A stretch of 60,371 nucleotides of DNA, filler included. It is 5 parts of 5 records of this genome, joined end to end, with 100 filler letters (N's around TTAATTAATTAA, not from the genome) between each part and the next. Parts side by side here need not be neighbours in the genome. Positions count along the whole stretch, not along the records: positions 16,573 to 46,175 come from DRR723986_5043; 4 more parts are not named here. One strand, written 5' to 3'. Below are positions 30,730-41,250 of this stretch, one piece after another. Position numbers and translations under genes: made by a program. The notes beneath the pieces were generated by a model, which worked only from the letters and a program-made list of their open reading frames with translations, did not search any database and was not told where the DNA came from. The stretch's first letter is position 1, and every line of letters begins with the position of its first letter.

Positions 30730-32364
30730 ATGAAGTTTAACCGCCCGTTCCTGTTCATCGCATTTTCTCTATCATTTCCAGCACTTCAGTCACAAATGGT
30801 GATAGCAGATGATGTTTCCGTTGAGGCCCCCATAAGCGCGGTCACCATGTACCGGAACGGCGGCGCTATCGTCACCCGCACAGGCACCTTCACCCTGCCC
30901 GCCGGCAACCACAGCGTTATCATTAGTGGTTTAACTGAAGATATGGACAATGAATATGGGTTGCGGGCGCAGTTCACCGGTGGAAGCGCACTGGTGTCGC
31001 AAGTGCGGCTGGAAGAACAATTTAGCAGCCAGACCACTTCTGAAACACAAAAAGCCATCAACGCAAAAATTGAAGCCTTGATCGCGCAAAATGCAGCAGA
31101 TCGCGCATCGCTGGATTCGTTAAAAATTCAACTGGACGTTATTGAAAAGCTTGGAACAAACGCCGGTAACAAAGTAGCTGAAGGCAACTCAGACCCGGAC
31201 ACATTGTTTGCGGCCCTTCAGAAATCTCTTGAATTTGTTCGCACCAACAGCAGCGCTATCGTTGCAGAACGCACTGCCTTAAATGCGTCCATCAGAGACC
31301 GTGACCGGGAAATTCTGGCTCTAAATCAACAGCTAGAGCAAACCGGCTCTGAGCGCAAAAGCTTTATCGACGCCAATCTCTCTGTCACAAATGTAGCTGC
31401 CAGCACCGTCACGCTACAGCTTTCTTACAGGGTGAATGATGCCAATTGGTCGGTTGAAACCGACGCAAGCCTGGATAGCGCTGCAGAGACGGCCAGCGTT
31501 AGGCTTTTTGCCAATGTTAGCCAACAAACCGGCGAAAACTGGGCCAATGTACCTTTGAAGCTATCAACCACATCGCCATCAAGCAGAATTAACAACAATA
31601 AACCGCGCCCAATTTACATGAACTTGATAGACCCAAAAGAAATTCGGGAACGCGCACAAACTGACCGGCGCTTGCAAAGTGCAGCTGCCTTTGATGTAGA
31701 AGAAGTCGTAGTTACCGGCAGCAGGCAAAAGTTTAACAACACCACCTTCGATGCAGAGTTTGTCATTGATCAGCCCGTTACGCTGGCTTCCGATGGCTCG
31801 GAGCAACGCTTCGTGGTGTCGACAGCCAATGCAGATGCTGACGTTGTCTTGCGCACAACGCCGCGGCAAGATCGCACCGCGTATGTCTATGCTGACGCAG
31901 AGTTAACCGGTTTCCCTTACCTGACCCGTCCTTCCGTTTCGCTTAGCCGCGACGGTACCTTTGTTGGGAACGGCCAATGGCCTGACCTTCAGCCTGGAAC
32001 ACCGCTGGAATTACCGTTTGGGTCCACAGACCGTGTGAAAGTGGAAACTATCACCCTACCTAGCGAAGACGGCGGCAGCGGAATATTCAGAAAGCGCGTG
32101 AATAAGGAAGAACGCCTGCAGTTCCGCATCACCAACAATAATTCTGTTGCCGTGATGATTGAGGTTTTTGACCGCGTCCCCACGTCCCGCCACGAAGACC
32201 TGAAAATTGAACGCCTTTCAGGCAGCACAACCCCCACCGCCAATGATGTCGGTGGGCAGCCCGGTGTGATGATGTGGCGGAAAACACTGGCCGCTGGGGA
32301 AGTTTGGGCAATCAACAACTGGTATAAAATCAGTCACCCTGAAGACAAACGCCTGACCCGATAA
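30730..32364 (+). CDS. DUF4140/DUF4139 (MuiA-like) exported protein
   Basis: Signal peptide, VTMYRNGGAIVTR, coiled coil, QQTGENWANVPLKLST, FDRVPTSRHE. Confidence 0.8.
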   Translation: MKFNRPFLFIAFSLSFPALQSQMVIADDVSVEAPISAVTMYRNGGAIVTRTGTFTLPAGNHSVIISGLTEDMDNEYGLRAQFTGGSALVSQVRLEEQFSSQTTSETQKAINAKIEALIAQNAADRASLDSLKIQLDVIEKLGTNAGNKVAEGNSDPDTLFAALQKSLEFVRTNSSAIVAERTALNASIRDRDREILALNQQLEQTGSERKSFIDANLSVTNVAASTVTLQLSYRVNDANWSVETDASLDSAAETASVRLFANVSQQTGENWANVPLKLSTTSPSSRINNNKPRPIYMNLIDPKEIRERAQTDRRLQSAAAFDVEEVVVTGSRQKFNNTTFDAEFVIDQPVTLASDGSEQRFVVSTANADADVVLRTTPRQDRTAYVYADAELTGFPYLTRPSVSLSRDGTFVGNGQWPDLQPGTPLELPFGSTDRVKVETITLPSEDGGSGIFRKRVNKEERLQFRITNNNSVAVMIEVFDRVPTSRHEDLKIERLSGSTTPTANDVGGQPGVMMWRKTLAAGEVWAINNWYKISHPEDKRLTR

Positions 32365-32372
32365 AACTGAAT

Positions 32373-32398
32373 GGCACCAAGGCCAGCGCTTTGGTGCC
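32373..32398. terminator. hairpin between convergent genes
   Basis: GGCACCAAGGC-CAGC-GCTTTGGTGCC. Confidence 0.55.
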
Positions 32399-32970
32399 TA
32401 AAAGCTACTGCCGGGCTGTGTTAAAAACTCAACCTCTTCCGGCGTGCTTTTCCGACCCAAAATATCATTGCGGTGCGGATAACGGCCAAATCGATCAATA
32501 ATCTTTTTGTGGGCATATTCAAATTTCAGGCTACCTTCCAAGCCGGGTTCGTCAAATATTTTTACGGCTTGCTCATGAATGAGAGGGCTTTCGCTGTGCA
32601 TATAGGGCATGTACAGAAAACTGCGCCAATCATTGGTCCAGCCGGCATGGACATTCAAGGCAATCGCTTCCTGCGCTAGTACAAGCGCCAAACTATCGCT
32701 TGCAAATGAACGTGGGTCACCCCTGTACATATTGCGCGGAAATTGGTCCAAAACAATGACCTCAGCAAGCCTGCCAAGACCTCGCGACCGCCAATGCGAA
32801 AGCTCACCAACATGAGCGGCGGCATGAACATGCTGAAAACATCGGGCAACCAAAGCATCAAAAGCCTCAGACTTGTTCCACCATGCCTTTGGTCCAGCTT
32901 CATTAAACCAAAAATGCAGAATGTCTTCAGGTGTAACACTAAGGGTCATTGGCTTGTCTTTCTCATTCAT
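32398..32970 (-). CDS. DUF924 family protein
   Basis: ILHFWF, IVLDQFPRN, FLYMPYMHSE, FGRYPHRN. Confidence 0.9.
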   Translation of the reverse strand: MNEKDKPMTLSVTPEDILHFWFNEAGPKAWWNKSEAFDALVARCFQHVHAAAHVGELSHWRSRGLGRLAEVIVLDQFPRNMYRGDPRSFASDSLALVLAQEAIALNVHAGWTNDWRSFLYMPYMHSESPLIHEQAVKIFDEPGLEGSLKFEYAHKKIIDRFGRYPHRNDILGRKSTPEEVEFLTQPGSSF

Positions 32971-33111
32971 ATTAAACTTTGTGCAAACATCGGCGCACGG
33001 CCATAATCCGCTTTAAGAAATCATAAACGCCACGCTGTCCTCACTTTTTTCTTACAATATTATCCGGCCTCCGGTAAACAAGCGCGGTAAATTAAAGGAA
33101 CGATTATCGTT

Positions 33112-34455
33112 ATGAGCAATACAACAAAACCCGTTCATATCATTGGTGGTGGCCTTGCAGGGTCAGAGGCCGCGTGGCAAGTAGCCGAGCGCGGCGTACC
33201 TGCTGTTTTGCACGAAATGCGCCCGGTGCGGAAAACCGATGCCCACCACACCGATGGTTTGGCAGAACTGGTATGCTCAAACTCGTTCCGGTCTGACGAC
33301 GCGGAAAACAATGCTGTTGGTCTGTTGCACGCAGAAATGCGGCAAATGAACTCGTTGATCATGGCGTCTGCCGACAAACACAAGGTGCCCGCCGGGTCTG
33401 CCCTGGCAGTTGACCGTGATGAGTTCTCAGCCGAAGTGACAGGCAAGCTTGAAGCCCATCCGCTTCTTACCATCGAACGCGAGGAAATTGCCGGCCTGCC
33501 CCCTAAAGACTGGGACAGCGTGATCATCGCGACGGGGCCGCTTACCTCACCAGCGCTTTCTGAAGCAATTCTGGAGCTTTGCGGCGAAGACAGTTTGGCG
33601 TTTTTTGATGCCATCGCCCCTATCGTTTACAAAGATAGCATTAATTTTGACATCGCATGGTTCCAAAGCCGCTATGACAAAGGCGAAGGGGCTGACTATA
33701 TCAACCTGCCGATGAACAAAGAGCAATATGACGGTTTCATTGACGCATTGAACACCGGTCAAAAAGCCGACTTCAAACAATGGGAAAAAGACACCCCCTA
33801 TTTCGAAGGCTGTATGCCCATTGAAGTGATGGCAGAACGCGGCCCGGAAACCCTGCGCTTTGGTCCTATGAAGCCTGTGGGGCTGCAAAGTCCTTATCTA
33901 GAGGGTCAATGCCATGCAGTGGTGCAGTTGCGCCAGGACAACAAGCTAGGCACGCTTTATAATATGGTCGGGTTCCAAACCAAACTGACTTACGGCGAAC
34001 AAACGCGCATTTTCAAAACCATTCCGGGCCTGGAAAATGCACAATTTGCAAGGCTGGGTGGCTTGCACCGCAACACTTTCATCAACAGCCCCATGGTTTT
34101 GGACGACTTGATGCGGATGAAAGCAGACCAACGCCTGCGCTTTGCCGGTCAAATAACCGGTGTTGAAGGATATGTCGAAAGTGCAGCAATGGGATTGATG
34201 ACAGGGGTTATGGCCGCAACAGAAAGGCTGGGCGGCACACCAGTTACACCGCCCAATACAACGGCCTTTGGGGCGCTTATCCATCACATTACTGGCGGCG
34301 CTGACGCTAAAACCTTCCAGCCCATGAATGTTAACTTTGGCTTGTTTCCGCCAATGGAAGGCAAAATGAAAAAACGAGACCGCAGACCCGCAAAAGCCAA
34401 GCGTGCGCTTGAAGCACTAGACATGTGGAAGTCTGAGCTGGCTGAAACTGCATAA
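33112..34455 (+). CDS. trmFO: folate/FAD-dependent tRNA m5U54 methyltransferase
   Basis: [41 protein letters not shown]. Confidence 0.97.
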   Translation: MSNTTKPVHIIGGGLAGSEAAWQVAERGVPAVLHEMRPVRKTDAHHTDGLAELVCSNSFRSDDAENNAVGLLHAEMRQMNSLIMASADKHKVPAGSALAVDRDEFSAEVTGKLEAHPLLTIEREEIAGLPPKDWDSVIIATGPLTSPALSEAILELCGEDSLAFFDAIAPIVYKDSINFDIAWFQSRYDKGEGADYINLPMNKEQYDGFIDALNTGQKADFKQWEKDTPYFEGCMPIEVMAERGPETLRFGPMKPVGLQSPYLEGQCHAVVQLRQDNKLGTLYNMVGFQTKLTYGEQTRIFKTIPGLENAQFARLGGLHRNTFINSPMVLDDLMRMKADQRLRFAGQITGVEGYVESAAMGLMTGVMAATERLGGTPVTPPNTTAFGALIHHITGGADAKTFQPMNVNFGLFPPMEGKMKKRDRRPAKAKRALEALDMWKSELAETA

Positions 34456-34518
34456 AATAAAAAAGGAGCCCAAAAGCTCCCTTTATGCGCCGTATCGGCA
34501 ATGTGTGCTTTTTAGTAT

Positions 34519-35019
34519 TTACTGACCGTTATTTGCATTCTCGGCAACCATTTCCGCTTTTTCCGCCTTATAAGTTCCAAGCGCGGCGGTCACTGTATCA
34601 AGTGCGGGACAGCCCTCAACACATAACCTTGCCAGTTTATCGCGGTTTGCTTCCGCCCGGTCAATCATGTCGCGTTTCAAGAAAGCAACAGCTTGTGCTT
34701 CAAGGGCTACATGCTCATTAGGGTCAATCGCCAAAGCCTGACGGTAATATTTCAAGCCGCGACCAACACGCCCCTGAGCTTCGTGGGTTTTCCCCAAGCC
34801 AATCAACGCATTCAAATTAGCAGGGTCCGCTACAAGCGCGCGTTCAAACAAGGTTTGCGCTTCTTCTACTTTGTCCGCCTTTTGCGCCATTTGAGCTTCG
34901 CGCACCAATACTTTGGAAACGTCTTTATACTTGCTATCCGCCGATGATTGCCCAGAAAGAGCCAATGGAATAGCCAAAGCCCCAACAAGGGCGGTAATTG
35001 TTAAAAACCGAACGCGCAT
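34519..35019 (-). CDS. exported tetratricopeptide-repeat protein
   Basis: Signal peptide; FERALVADPAN, YRQALAIDPNE. Confidence 0.8.
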   Translation of the reverse strand: MRVRFLTITALVGALAIPLALSGQSSADSKYKDVSKVLVREAQMAQKADKVEEAQTLFERALVADPANLNALIGLGKTHEAQGRVGRGLKYYRQALAIDPNEHVALEAQAVAFLKRDMIDRAEANRDKLARLCVEGCPALDTVTAALGTYKAEKAEMVAENANNGQ

Positions 35020-35074
35020 TCAATAACCTCATCAAACAAGTACTTAAATCAGGCACTATTATAGCCCACAATTC

Positions 35075-35524
35075 CTAATTGTCTGTATCTTTCCTAAAAG
35101 TCAAAAGCCTTTGTCGAATTTCACTTGGTAAATGGTTAAACCCAACCAAAAGCAAGCTGGCAATCAGCAGAACACTATATTCCATGCCGTTTCTACCCAG
35201 CCCCACAACAAACCAACCTTCCTGCATGTGCACCATAAAAATACCGGTGGCATATATGCAGGCATACAAACCGCACAGATGCGGCGTGAAACGTGAACCA
35301 AATGCCATGACAATACTGCCAACAATTTCAAGCAACGTTATGCCCCAGGCAATCAATATGCCCACCATCAGGCCATGAGTATCCAAAAAGTTGCCAAAAG
35401 GGGTCACTCCGTCAGCCAGCAAGCGCGCCCAGCCATGCGCCGCGATGATAAGACATAACAATACCCTGAATAAAAGCAGACCAAGTATATTGTCTGATTT
35501 CACACTACTCAAATTTTCAGCCAT
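35075..35524 (-). CDS. DoxX family membrane protein
   Basis: HGWAR, GWFVVGLGRNGMEYS, four TM segments. Confidence 0.85.
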   Translation of the reverse strand: MAENLSSVKSDNILGLLLFRVLLCLIIAAHGWARLLADGVTPFGNFLDTHGLMVGILIAWGITLLEIVGSIVMAFGSRFTPHLCGLYACIYATGIFMVHMQEGWFVVGLGRNGMEYSVLLIASLLLVGFNHLPSEIRQRLLTFRKDTDN

Positions 35525-35569
35525 TTCCTGTGTTCACTTGTCCAAGAACCATTCCCAAGGACTAGAAAG

Positions 35570-36895
35570 CTAGGTTTTTTCGATAATGGCAACAAAAAAG
35601 CCGTCAGTCTGGTGCTGGTGCGGGACGAATTGCAGCATAGCTTCATTTTTGGCAGCAGTTTGTGGTGCCTCAGACGGCAAAACCTTACCCCAAATCGATT
35701 TGTAATTAACCAGCTTCCAATCAGCTGTACCATGTGCGGCAAAAAACGCATCAACAACAGCTTCATTTTCTTCATACAGAATTGAGCAGGTCATATAGAC
35801 CAATCTACCGCCAGCCGACACCATTTGGGCCGCTTCGGCCAATAATGCTAGCTGAAAGCCAGCATAATCTGTGATTTGCTTGCTAGATAGACGCCAGCGT
35901 TGATCAGGGTTGCGCCGCCAGGTGCCTGTGCCTGAGCACGGTGCATCAACAACAACCCTGTCAGCCTTGCCTGTGAAGCCCGCCAGAATGCGATCTCTGT
36001 TCGACCCTTGTTCTGGAATAGCCTTAACCTGAATGTTGCGGCAACCTGACCGCTGAGATCTTGCGGTAAGCGCTGACAACCTCTTGCCAGAAGCGTCAAA
36101 GGCGAACAACTGGCCTTTGTTTTCCATTAGGGCGGACAAAAGTAGGCTTTTGCCTCCTGCGCCAGCACAGAGGTCTACGACAGCCATGCCAGGCTCTGCG
36201 TCCACCAAATAACAAGCCGCCTGTGCGGCTTCGTCCTGAACCTCTATTTTACCAGACGTATACAGATCAGTCCCCGTTATGCGCACTTTACTATTTGATC
36301 TATATCCAACTGGAGAAAGCTTTGATTTTTCAATATCTTCTGATATTTTTTGAAGGTTACTACTTAGGGTGCCATCAGACTTTAAAGGATTGCTTCTCAT
36401 ATCCAGCGGCGCTGTTCCGTTCAGGCTCGCAATAGCCGCCTCAAAGGTAACACCGAACCGCTCGCGGAGGGCCGGTTCCAAAAACTCCGGTACCTCATGC
36501 GCTGCTGAAATAGGCTTTTGGTTAGCCTCTTCAAAGACAGTGAATTGATTAACCGCCTGCTGTTCTGCATCAGACATTTTTTCGGGACTGTGGGCCGTCT
36601 CATCCCCAAACATGGTGAGGTCTTCTGGGGCGTTTTTAACCAAATAGCTTATGAGCAAAGAACGACCAGATACAGGTAGCCCAACACCGTTCAATCGCCA
36701 AACATGATAGCCTCTACGCCGAATAACATCGTAGGAAAGGGCTGAAATCGCTCTGCGGTCCTTGGACCCGATATACCGCCGATTACGGGAATAATCAGCA
36801 ACAACGCGGTCAGCCGGCGCCGTTAGCGTGCGTATCCCCTCCTCAACACCGTCAAGGATTTCAATAACCGCTTGAAGGCGAGCCGCTGGGCGCAT
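35570..36895 (-). CDS. RsmB/NOP-family RNA m5C methyltransferase
   Basis: EVQDEA, DLCAGAGGK, VDAPCSGTG, YMTCS, TDGFF. Confidence 0.92.
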   Translation of the reverse strand: MRPAARLQAVIEILDGVEEGIRTLTAPADRVVADYSRNRRYIGSKDRRAISALSYDVIRRRGYHVWRLNGVGLPVSGRSLLISYLVKNAPEDLTMFGDETAHSPEKMSDAEQQAVNQFTVFEEANQKPISAAHEVPEFLEPALRERFGVTFEAAIASLNGTAPLDMRSNPLKSDGTLSSNLQKISEDIEKSKLSPVGYRSNSKVRITGTDLYTSGKIEVQDEAAQAACYLVDAEPGMAVVDLCAGAGGKSLLLSALMENKGQLFAFDASGKRLSALTARSQRSGCRNIQVKAIPEQGSNRDRILAGFTGKADRVVVDAPCSGTGTWRRNPDQRWRLSSKQITDYAGFQLALLAEAAQMVSAGGRLVYMTCSILYEENEAVVDAFFAAHGTADWKLVNYKSIWGKVLPSEAPQTAAKNEAMLQFVPHQHQTDGFFVAIIEKT

Positions 36896-36913
36896 TTTTT
36901 GTCCTAATATTAA

Positions 36914-38383
36914 TTACTTGGCCGGATAATTTGGAGATTCGCGCGTGATGGTTACATCATGCACATGACTTTCCTGCAAACCTGAATTAGTGATGCGAAC
37001 AAATTGGGCGTTGGTGCGCATATCATCTACAGTGCGGTTGCCTGTGTAACCCATGCTGGCACGCAAACCGCCAACCAATTGGTGCAGCACATTTGATGTA
37101 CTACCTTTGTATGGCACCTGGCCTTCAACCCCTTCAGGCACAAGCTTCAGCGCATCTTTAACGTCATCCTGAAAATAACGGTCTGCAGAACCACGGGCCA
37201 TAGCCCCCACTGACCCCATGCCGCGGTATGCCTTGTACGAACGACCTTGATACAAGAACACCTCGCCTGGTGCTTCTTCAGTGCCCGCAAGCAAGGATCC
37301 AACCATGCAAAGGTTAGCGCCAGCAGCAATGGCCTTGGCCACATCGCCAGATGTTCTAAGGCCACCATCAGCGATAATAGGAATATTCTGCTTATTTGCC
37401 GCTTCAGCCACATCGTTTACTGCCGTTAACTGCGGCACGCCTACACCCGCAACAATGCGGGTTGTACAAATAGAGCCAGGGCCAATACCAACCTTAAGAC
37501 CGTCAGCGCCAGCATCGATTAATGCTTTCGCGGCGTCTTCAGTGGCAATATTTCCCGCAACCAACTGAACATTACTATATGCCTTCTTAATGCGCGCAAC
37601 TTGCTCAATCACTCGCGATGAATGGCCATGTGCCGTATCCAAAACGATGAGATCACATTCAGCATCAACCAGCGCACCAGCGCGCTCAAAGCCTTTATCA
37701 CCAACGGTTGTGGCAGCAGCCACCCGCAAACGACCTTTTGAATCTTTACAAGCATTCGGGTGCGCAACCGCTTTTTCCATGTCTTTTACGGTTATCAAGC
37801 CAACACAGCGATAGTCATCATCAACAACAATCAATTTTTCGATCCGGTGTTGATGGAAAAGACGCTTCGCCTCCTCAGACGACACCCCTTCTTTTACCGT
37901 GATCACCTTTTTGGTCATCAACTCGTTGGCGGGCTGCTCCATGTGGGTGGCAAAGCGCACATCCCGGTGGGTTAAAATACCAACCAACTTATTGGCGCCG
38001 GTACCCTCACCGCGTTCAACAACCGGAATACCGGAGATTTTGTGGCGGTTCATTAATTCCATGGCATCGGCCAAAGTTTGGTCTGGGAACATGGTTACCG
38101 GGTTTACCACCATGCCGGACTCGTATTTTTTAACCGAGCGAACCATGGCCGCTTGTTCTTCATCGGTCATGTTACGGTGCAAAACACCCATGCCGCCCGC
38201 TTGTGCCATTGCAATGGCCATAGGTGCTTCCGTTACGGTGTCCATAGCGGCGGACAACAGCGGGATGTTGAGATTTATTGACTGCGTGACACGCGTTGCA
38301 ACATTTACCTGTGCGGGCATCATATCGCTAGCAGCGGGAACAAGAAGAACGTCATCAAACGTTAAGCCGAGGCGAATATCCAT
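36914..38383 (-). CDS. guaB: IMP dehydrogenase
   Basis: [11 protein letters not shown] pair, [19 protein letters not shown]. Confidence 0.99.
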   Translation of the reverse strand: MDIRLGLTFDDVLLVPAASDMMPAQVNVATRVTQSINLNIPLLSAAMDTVTEAPMAIAMAQAGGMGVLHRNMTDEEQAAMVRSVKKYESGMVVNPVTMFPDQTLADAMELMNRHKISGIPVVERGEGTGANKLVGILTHRDVRFATHMEQPANELMTKKVITVKEGVSSEEAKRLFHQHRIEKLIVVDDDYRCVGLITVKDMEKAVAHPNACKDSKGRLRVAAATTVGDKGFERAGALVDAECDLIVLDTAHGHSSRVIEQVARIKKAYSNVQLVAGNIATEDAAKALIDAGADGLKVGIGPGSICTTRIVAGVGVPQLTAVNDVAEAANKQNIPIIADGGLRTSGDVAKAIAAGANLCMVGSLLAGTEEAPGEVFLYQGRSYKAYRGMGSVGAMARGSADRYFQDDVKDALKLVPEGVEGQVPYKGSTSNVLHQLVGGLRASMGYTGNRTVDDMRTNAQFVRITNSGLQESHVHDVTITRESPNYPAK

Positions 38384-38610
38384 AATAAGTCCTGCGTTTC
38401 TAGGGGCTTCGCGCCAATTAGCGCTGTGGCCCTAGCCTTTCAATCTTATGTGGGAAAGGCAAAATCCACTTGGATCCAGGGTTTGGATGTTCGCGCTTCA
38501 ATACCGCGAAGCGCATATAAAATGCAATGGGATTCTGCAAAGAAGACATCACATCGCTGCGAGCCTTCGTTTCAGGTCACTTTTGATCAGGTTTTTTACG
38601 GCCGAAAGTG

Positions 38611-39306
38611 CTATTGCCCCTTAAAGCCTTGGGCAAGAACAAACCATTCTTTCGAATCAGCCCGGCTGGCAGGCGGTTTTGCATGTTTAACCGACTTAAA
38701 ATGCTGCTGCATTCTGGTCATCAGCTCAGTGTCACTGCCACCCTGCAAAACTTTAGCGACAAATGTGCCGCCTTCGCCCAAGACCTTAATCGCAAAGTCA
38801 AGCGCCGCCTCACACAGCGCCATTGTGCGCATCTGATCAGTTTGACGGTGTCCTGTAGCAGAATTAGCCATATCCGATACAACAAGGTCAACGGGGCCAT
38901 TAAGCGCAGCCATAAGCCGGTCTTCGGCGTCCACATCAAGGAAATCCATCACCCATATTTCTGCGCCAGGAAGTGGCTCCACTTCTTGCAGATCAATACC
39001 GATAATTTGTGCACTGCTTGGCAATTTTTTGGTTAAAATTTGTATCCAACCACCCGGTGCACAGCCAAGGTCTACAACACGCTGTGACCCTTTGATAAAA
39101 TCATACCTGTCATCTAGCTCTAAAAGCTTAAAGGCGGCACGCGTCCGGTAGCCCAAACGATTAGCCTCGGCCACATAGGGGTCATTCAACTGTCGTTGAA
39201 GCCAACGTGTTGATGAGGGCTTTCGGCCTCGCGCCGACTTCACCCGCACCTTAGCGCCGCGTGCACGGCTTTTTGTTTGCGACTGCCTGTTCCACCCTTT
39301 TGACAT
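38611..39306 (-). CDS. rlmE: 23S rRNA Um2552 methyltransferase
   Basis: YRTRAAFKL, DLGCAPGGW, SDMA, KPPASRADSKE; TAATG overlap with ppx. Confidence 0.95.
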   Translation of the reverse strand: MSKGWNRQSQTKSRARGAKVRVKSARGRKPSSTRWLQRQLNDPYVAEANRLGYRTRAAFKLLELDDRYDFIKGSQRVVDLGCAPGGWIQILTKKLPSSAQIIGIDLQEVEPLPGAEIWVMDFLDVDAEDRLMAALNGPVDLVVSDMANSATGHRQTDQMRTMALCEAALDFAIKVLGEGGTFVAKVLQGGSDTELMTRMQQHFKSVKHAKPPASRADSKEWFVLAQGFKGQ

Positions 39307-40676
39307 TATTCTGTTTGCCCTTTTTGAGCTGCATCTGTTGACGACTTGCCCAATTCCGGTTGGCGAATCACTGCACTGTTTATATGCAGAGGTGGCTCAT
39401 CAATTTGCATTAGACCACGCAAAATACCTTCTCGAATGCCACGATCAGCAACCCGCAGGCTTGGCACCGGCCACATATCCAGAATGGCTTCCAATATAGC
39501 ACAGCCCGCAACCACCAAGTCTGCCCGCTCGTCACCAATACAAGGCTCAGCCGCTCGCTGCTGTGGGGTCATTTCCGCTACTTTGCGCGACAAGGCACTG
39601 ATGTCTTTTGACTTCATCCATGCGCCATCAACTTTATCGCGGATATAACGCGGCAATCCCAAGTGCAAACTGGCAAGTGTTGTAACGGTGCCTGATGTGC
39701 CTAAAAACTGCGTGTCAGGGCCACCAAACACAGCGCTTAATGCGTGTGCATCTTCAAAAGCTTGTAATTGGTGCGAGATCGTTGCGACCATATCTTTGTA
39801 ACGCTGTGCATATACAGCGGCAGGGTCGGCTTTAGAAGCACTAGTAGAGTCACTCGTAAATTTCTCTGTTAAATTAACCACACCCCAAGGTACCGACATC
39901 CAACCATGTATTTCATTAGCGCGGTTCTTATGGCACTTAACCCAAATTAGCTCGGTGCTGCCGCCACCGATGTCGAACACCAGAACATTCTTCATTTCTG
40001 GCGCAATCAAAGATTGGCAACCCAGCACAGCAAGACGTGCTTCCTCACCAGCAGAAATGACATCCAGGTTAATGCCTGTCTCGCGCTTAACACGCGCTAC
40101 AAATTCTTCAGAGTTATCAGCAATACGGCAGGCTTCCGTTGCAACATGGCGCATGCAATTTACGTTGCGCCGCGCAAGTTTCTCTGCGCAGACTTTCAAC
40201 GCGTCTATGGTTCTATCCATGGCATCGTCAGACAAACGGTTGTCTTGGCCTATGCCCTCGCCTAGGCGAACAATGCGTGAGAATGCATCAATAACCCTGA
40301 AACCGTTTCTAGATTGTTTAGCGATTAACAGGCGGCAATTATTGGTGCCTAGATCTATTGCGCTATAGATTGCACTTCTGCGCGATGACGCACGATGCCG
40401 TCCGGTATTTTGCTTTCGCCCCTTACTGCGCGCATCGCCGCGTCGTTGAGAATTTTTTCTTGTGTTGTTTAGCGCCTGATCGCCAGGATTGGTAGCCGCG
40501 TTATGAAGGTCGGCCTGCTCGGTGTTTTGCACTTCGGGGTCTGAACGCTTTTTCGCTCGGTTTGGCTTGCGCCTTCTACCAGACCGTTTCCGTCCGGGCT
40601 TTTCCGATACTTTGGCCTTATCTGGCCCTTCGCGTCGACCACCTGCACCGCTATCGGCGCTGATGTCGAGGGACAT
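39306..40676 (-). CDS. ppx: Ppx/GppA exopolyphosphatase with basic N-terminal extension
   Basis: AIDLGTNNCRL, ATEACR, DIGGGSTE, DRGIREG. Confidence 0.9.
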   Translation of the reverse strand: MSLDISADSGAGGRREGPDKAKVSEKPGRKRSGRRRKPNRAKKRSDPEVQNTEQADLHNAATNPGDQALNNTRKNSQRRGDARSKGRKQNTGRHRASSRRSAIYSAIDLGTNNCRLLIAKQSRNGFRVIDAFSRIVRLGEGIGQDNRLSDDAMDRTIDALKVCAEKLARRNVNCMRHVATEACRIADNSEEFVARVKRETGINLDVISAGEEARLAVLGCQSLIAPEMKNVLVFDIGGGSTELIWVKCHKNRANEIHGWMSVPWGVVNLTEKFTSDSTSASKADPAAVYAQRYKDMVATISHQLQAFEDAHALSAVFGGPDTQFLGTSGTVTTLASLHLGLPRYIRDKVDGAWMKSKDISALSRKVAEMTPQQRAAEPCIGDERADLVVAGCAILEAILDMWPVPSLRVADRGIREGILRGLMQIDEPPLHINSAVIRQPELGKSSTDAAQKGQTE

Positions 40677-40814
40677 AACATTTCTCTTTTACTAATCGCG
40701 ATTGATATCAACCGCTCACTTGCCCTTCTATTAGCATCAAACAACCCCATTGCCAATGACCGGAAGCAAAAACCTCATAATATTCAAGCCGCAAGGGCAT
40801 ACTGCATATATTTT

Positions 40815-40870
40815 GTTCTTATTTTGTTCTTGACACTTGCCGTCACCACGAATAAGAACAAAGAAAGAAC
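40815..40870 (+). promoter_or_regulatory. sigma70-type promoter bracketed by two LexA boxes
   Basis: GTTC-TTATTTT-GTTC (40815-40829), TTGACA (40830-40835), 17-nt spacer, TAAGAA (40853-40858), GAAC-AAAGAAA-GAAC (40856-40870). Confidence 0.8.
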
Positions 40871-40884
40871 ATTGGAGCAAGAAA

Positions 40885-41109
40885 ATGAGCATAAGCCATA
40901 TAGTTATACTAGGTATTTTCATCGTGTTAGGTAGCGCGGGGCTAGCTATGATGCAGTCTGCGTTAAGCACAGCGTGGAAGGCAACTGGCCTTACTTTGAC
41001 CCGTAATGGTCAAAAGCATCGCTCAATGAAGTACTCTCAGACAAGCCCGGTGGCCGCAAATTATTCTTTGGCTAAAGCAAACTTGAAAATAAGCCGACCT
41101 CTTCTCTAA
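40885..41109 (+). CDS. small basic protein with one N-terminal hydrophobic segment, putatively SOS-induced (74 aa)
   Basis: SD GGAG at 40874-40877, ATG 40885; MSISHIVILGIFIVLGSAGLAMM then Lys/Arg-rich tail. Confidence 0.65.
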   Translation: MSISHIVILGIFIVLGSAGLAMMQSALSTAWKATGLTLTRNGQKHRSMKYSQTSPVAANYSLAKANLKISRPLL

Positions 41110-41250
41110 ACATCAAATAGCCTGAGCATAATTTAGTCCGGGCATAATTGAGAATGCCTATTTAAGATAGATTAGCTGCACAATACCTCACAAGCTAGTT
41201 TATGGGTGTTGTTCCTTTATTAAGAAAAAATAGTAGGCAGCTTATCGTGT

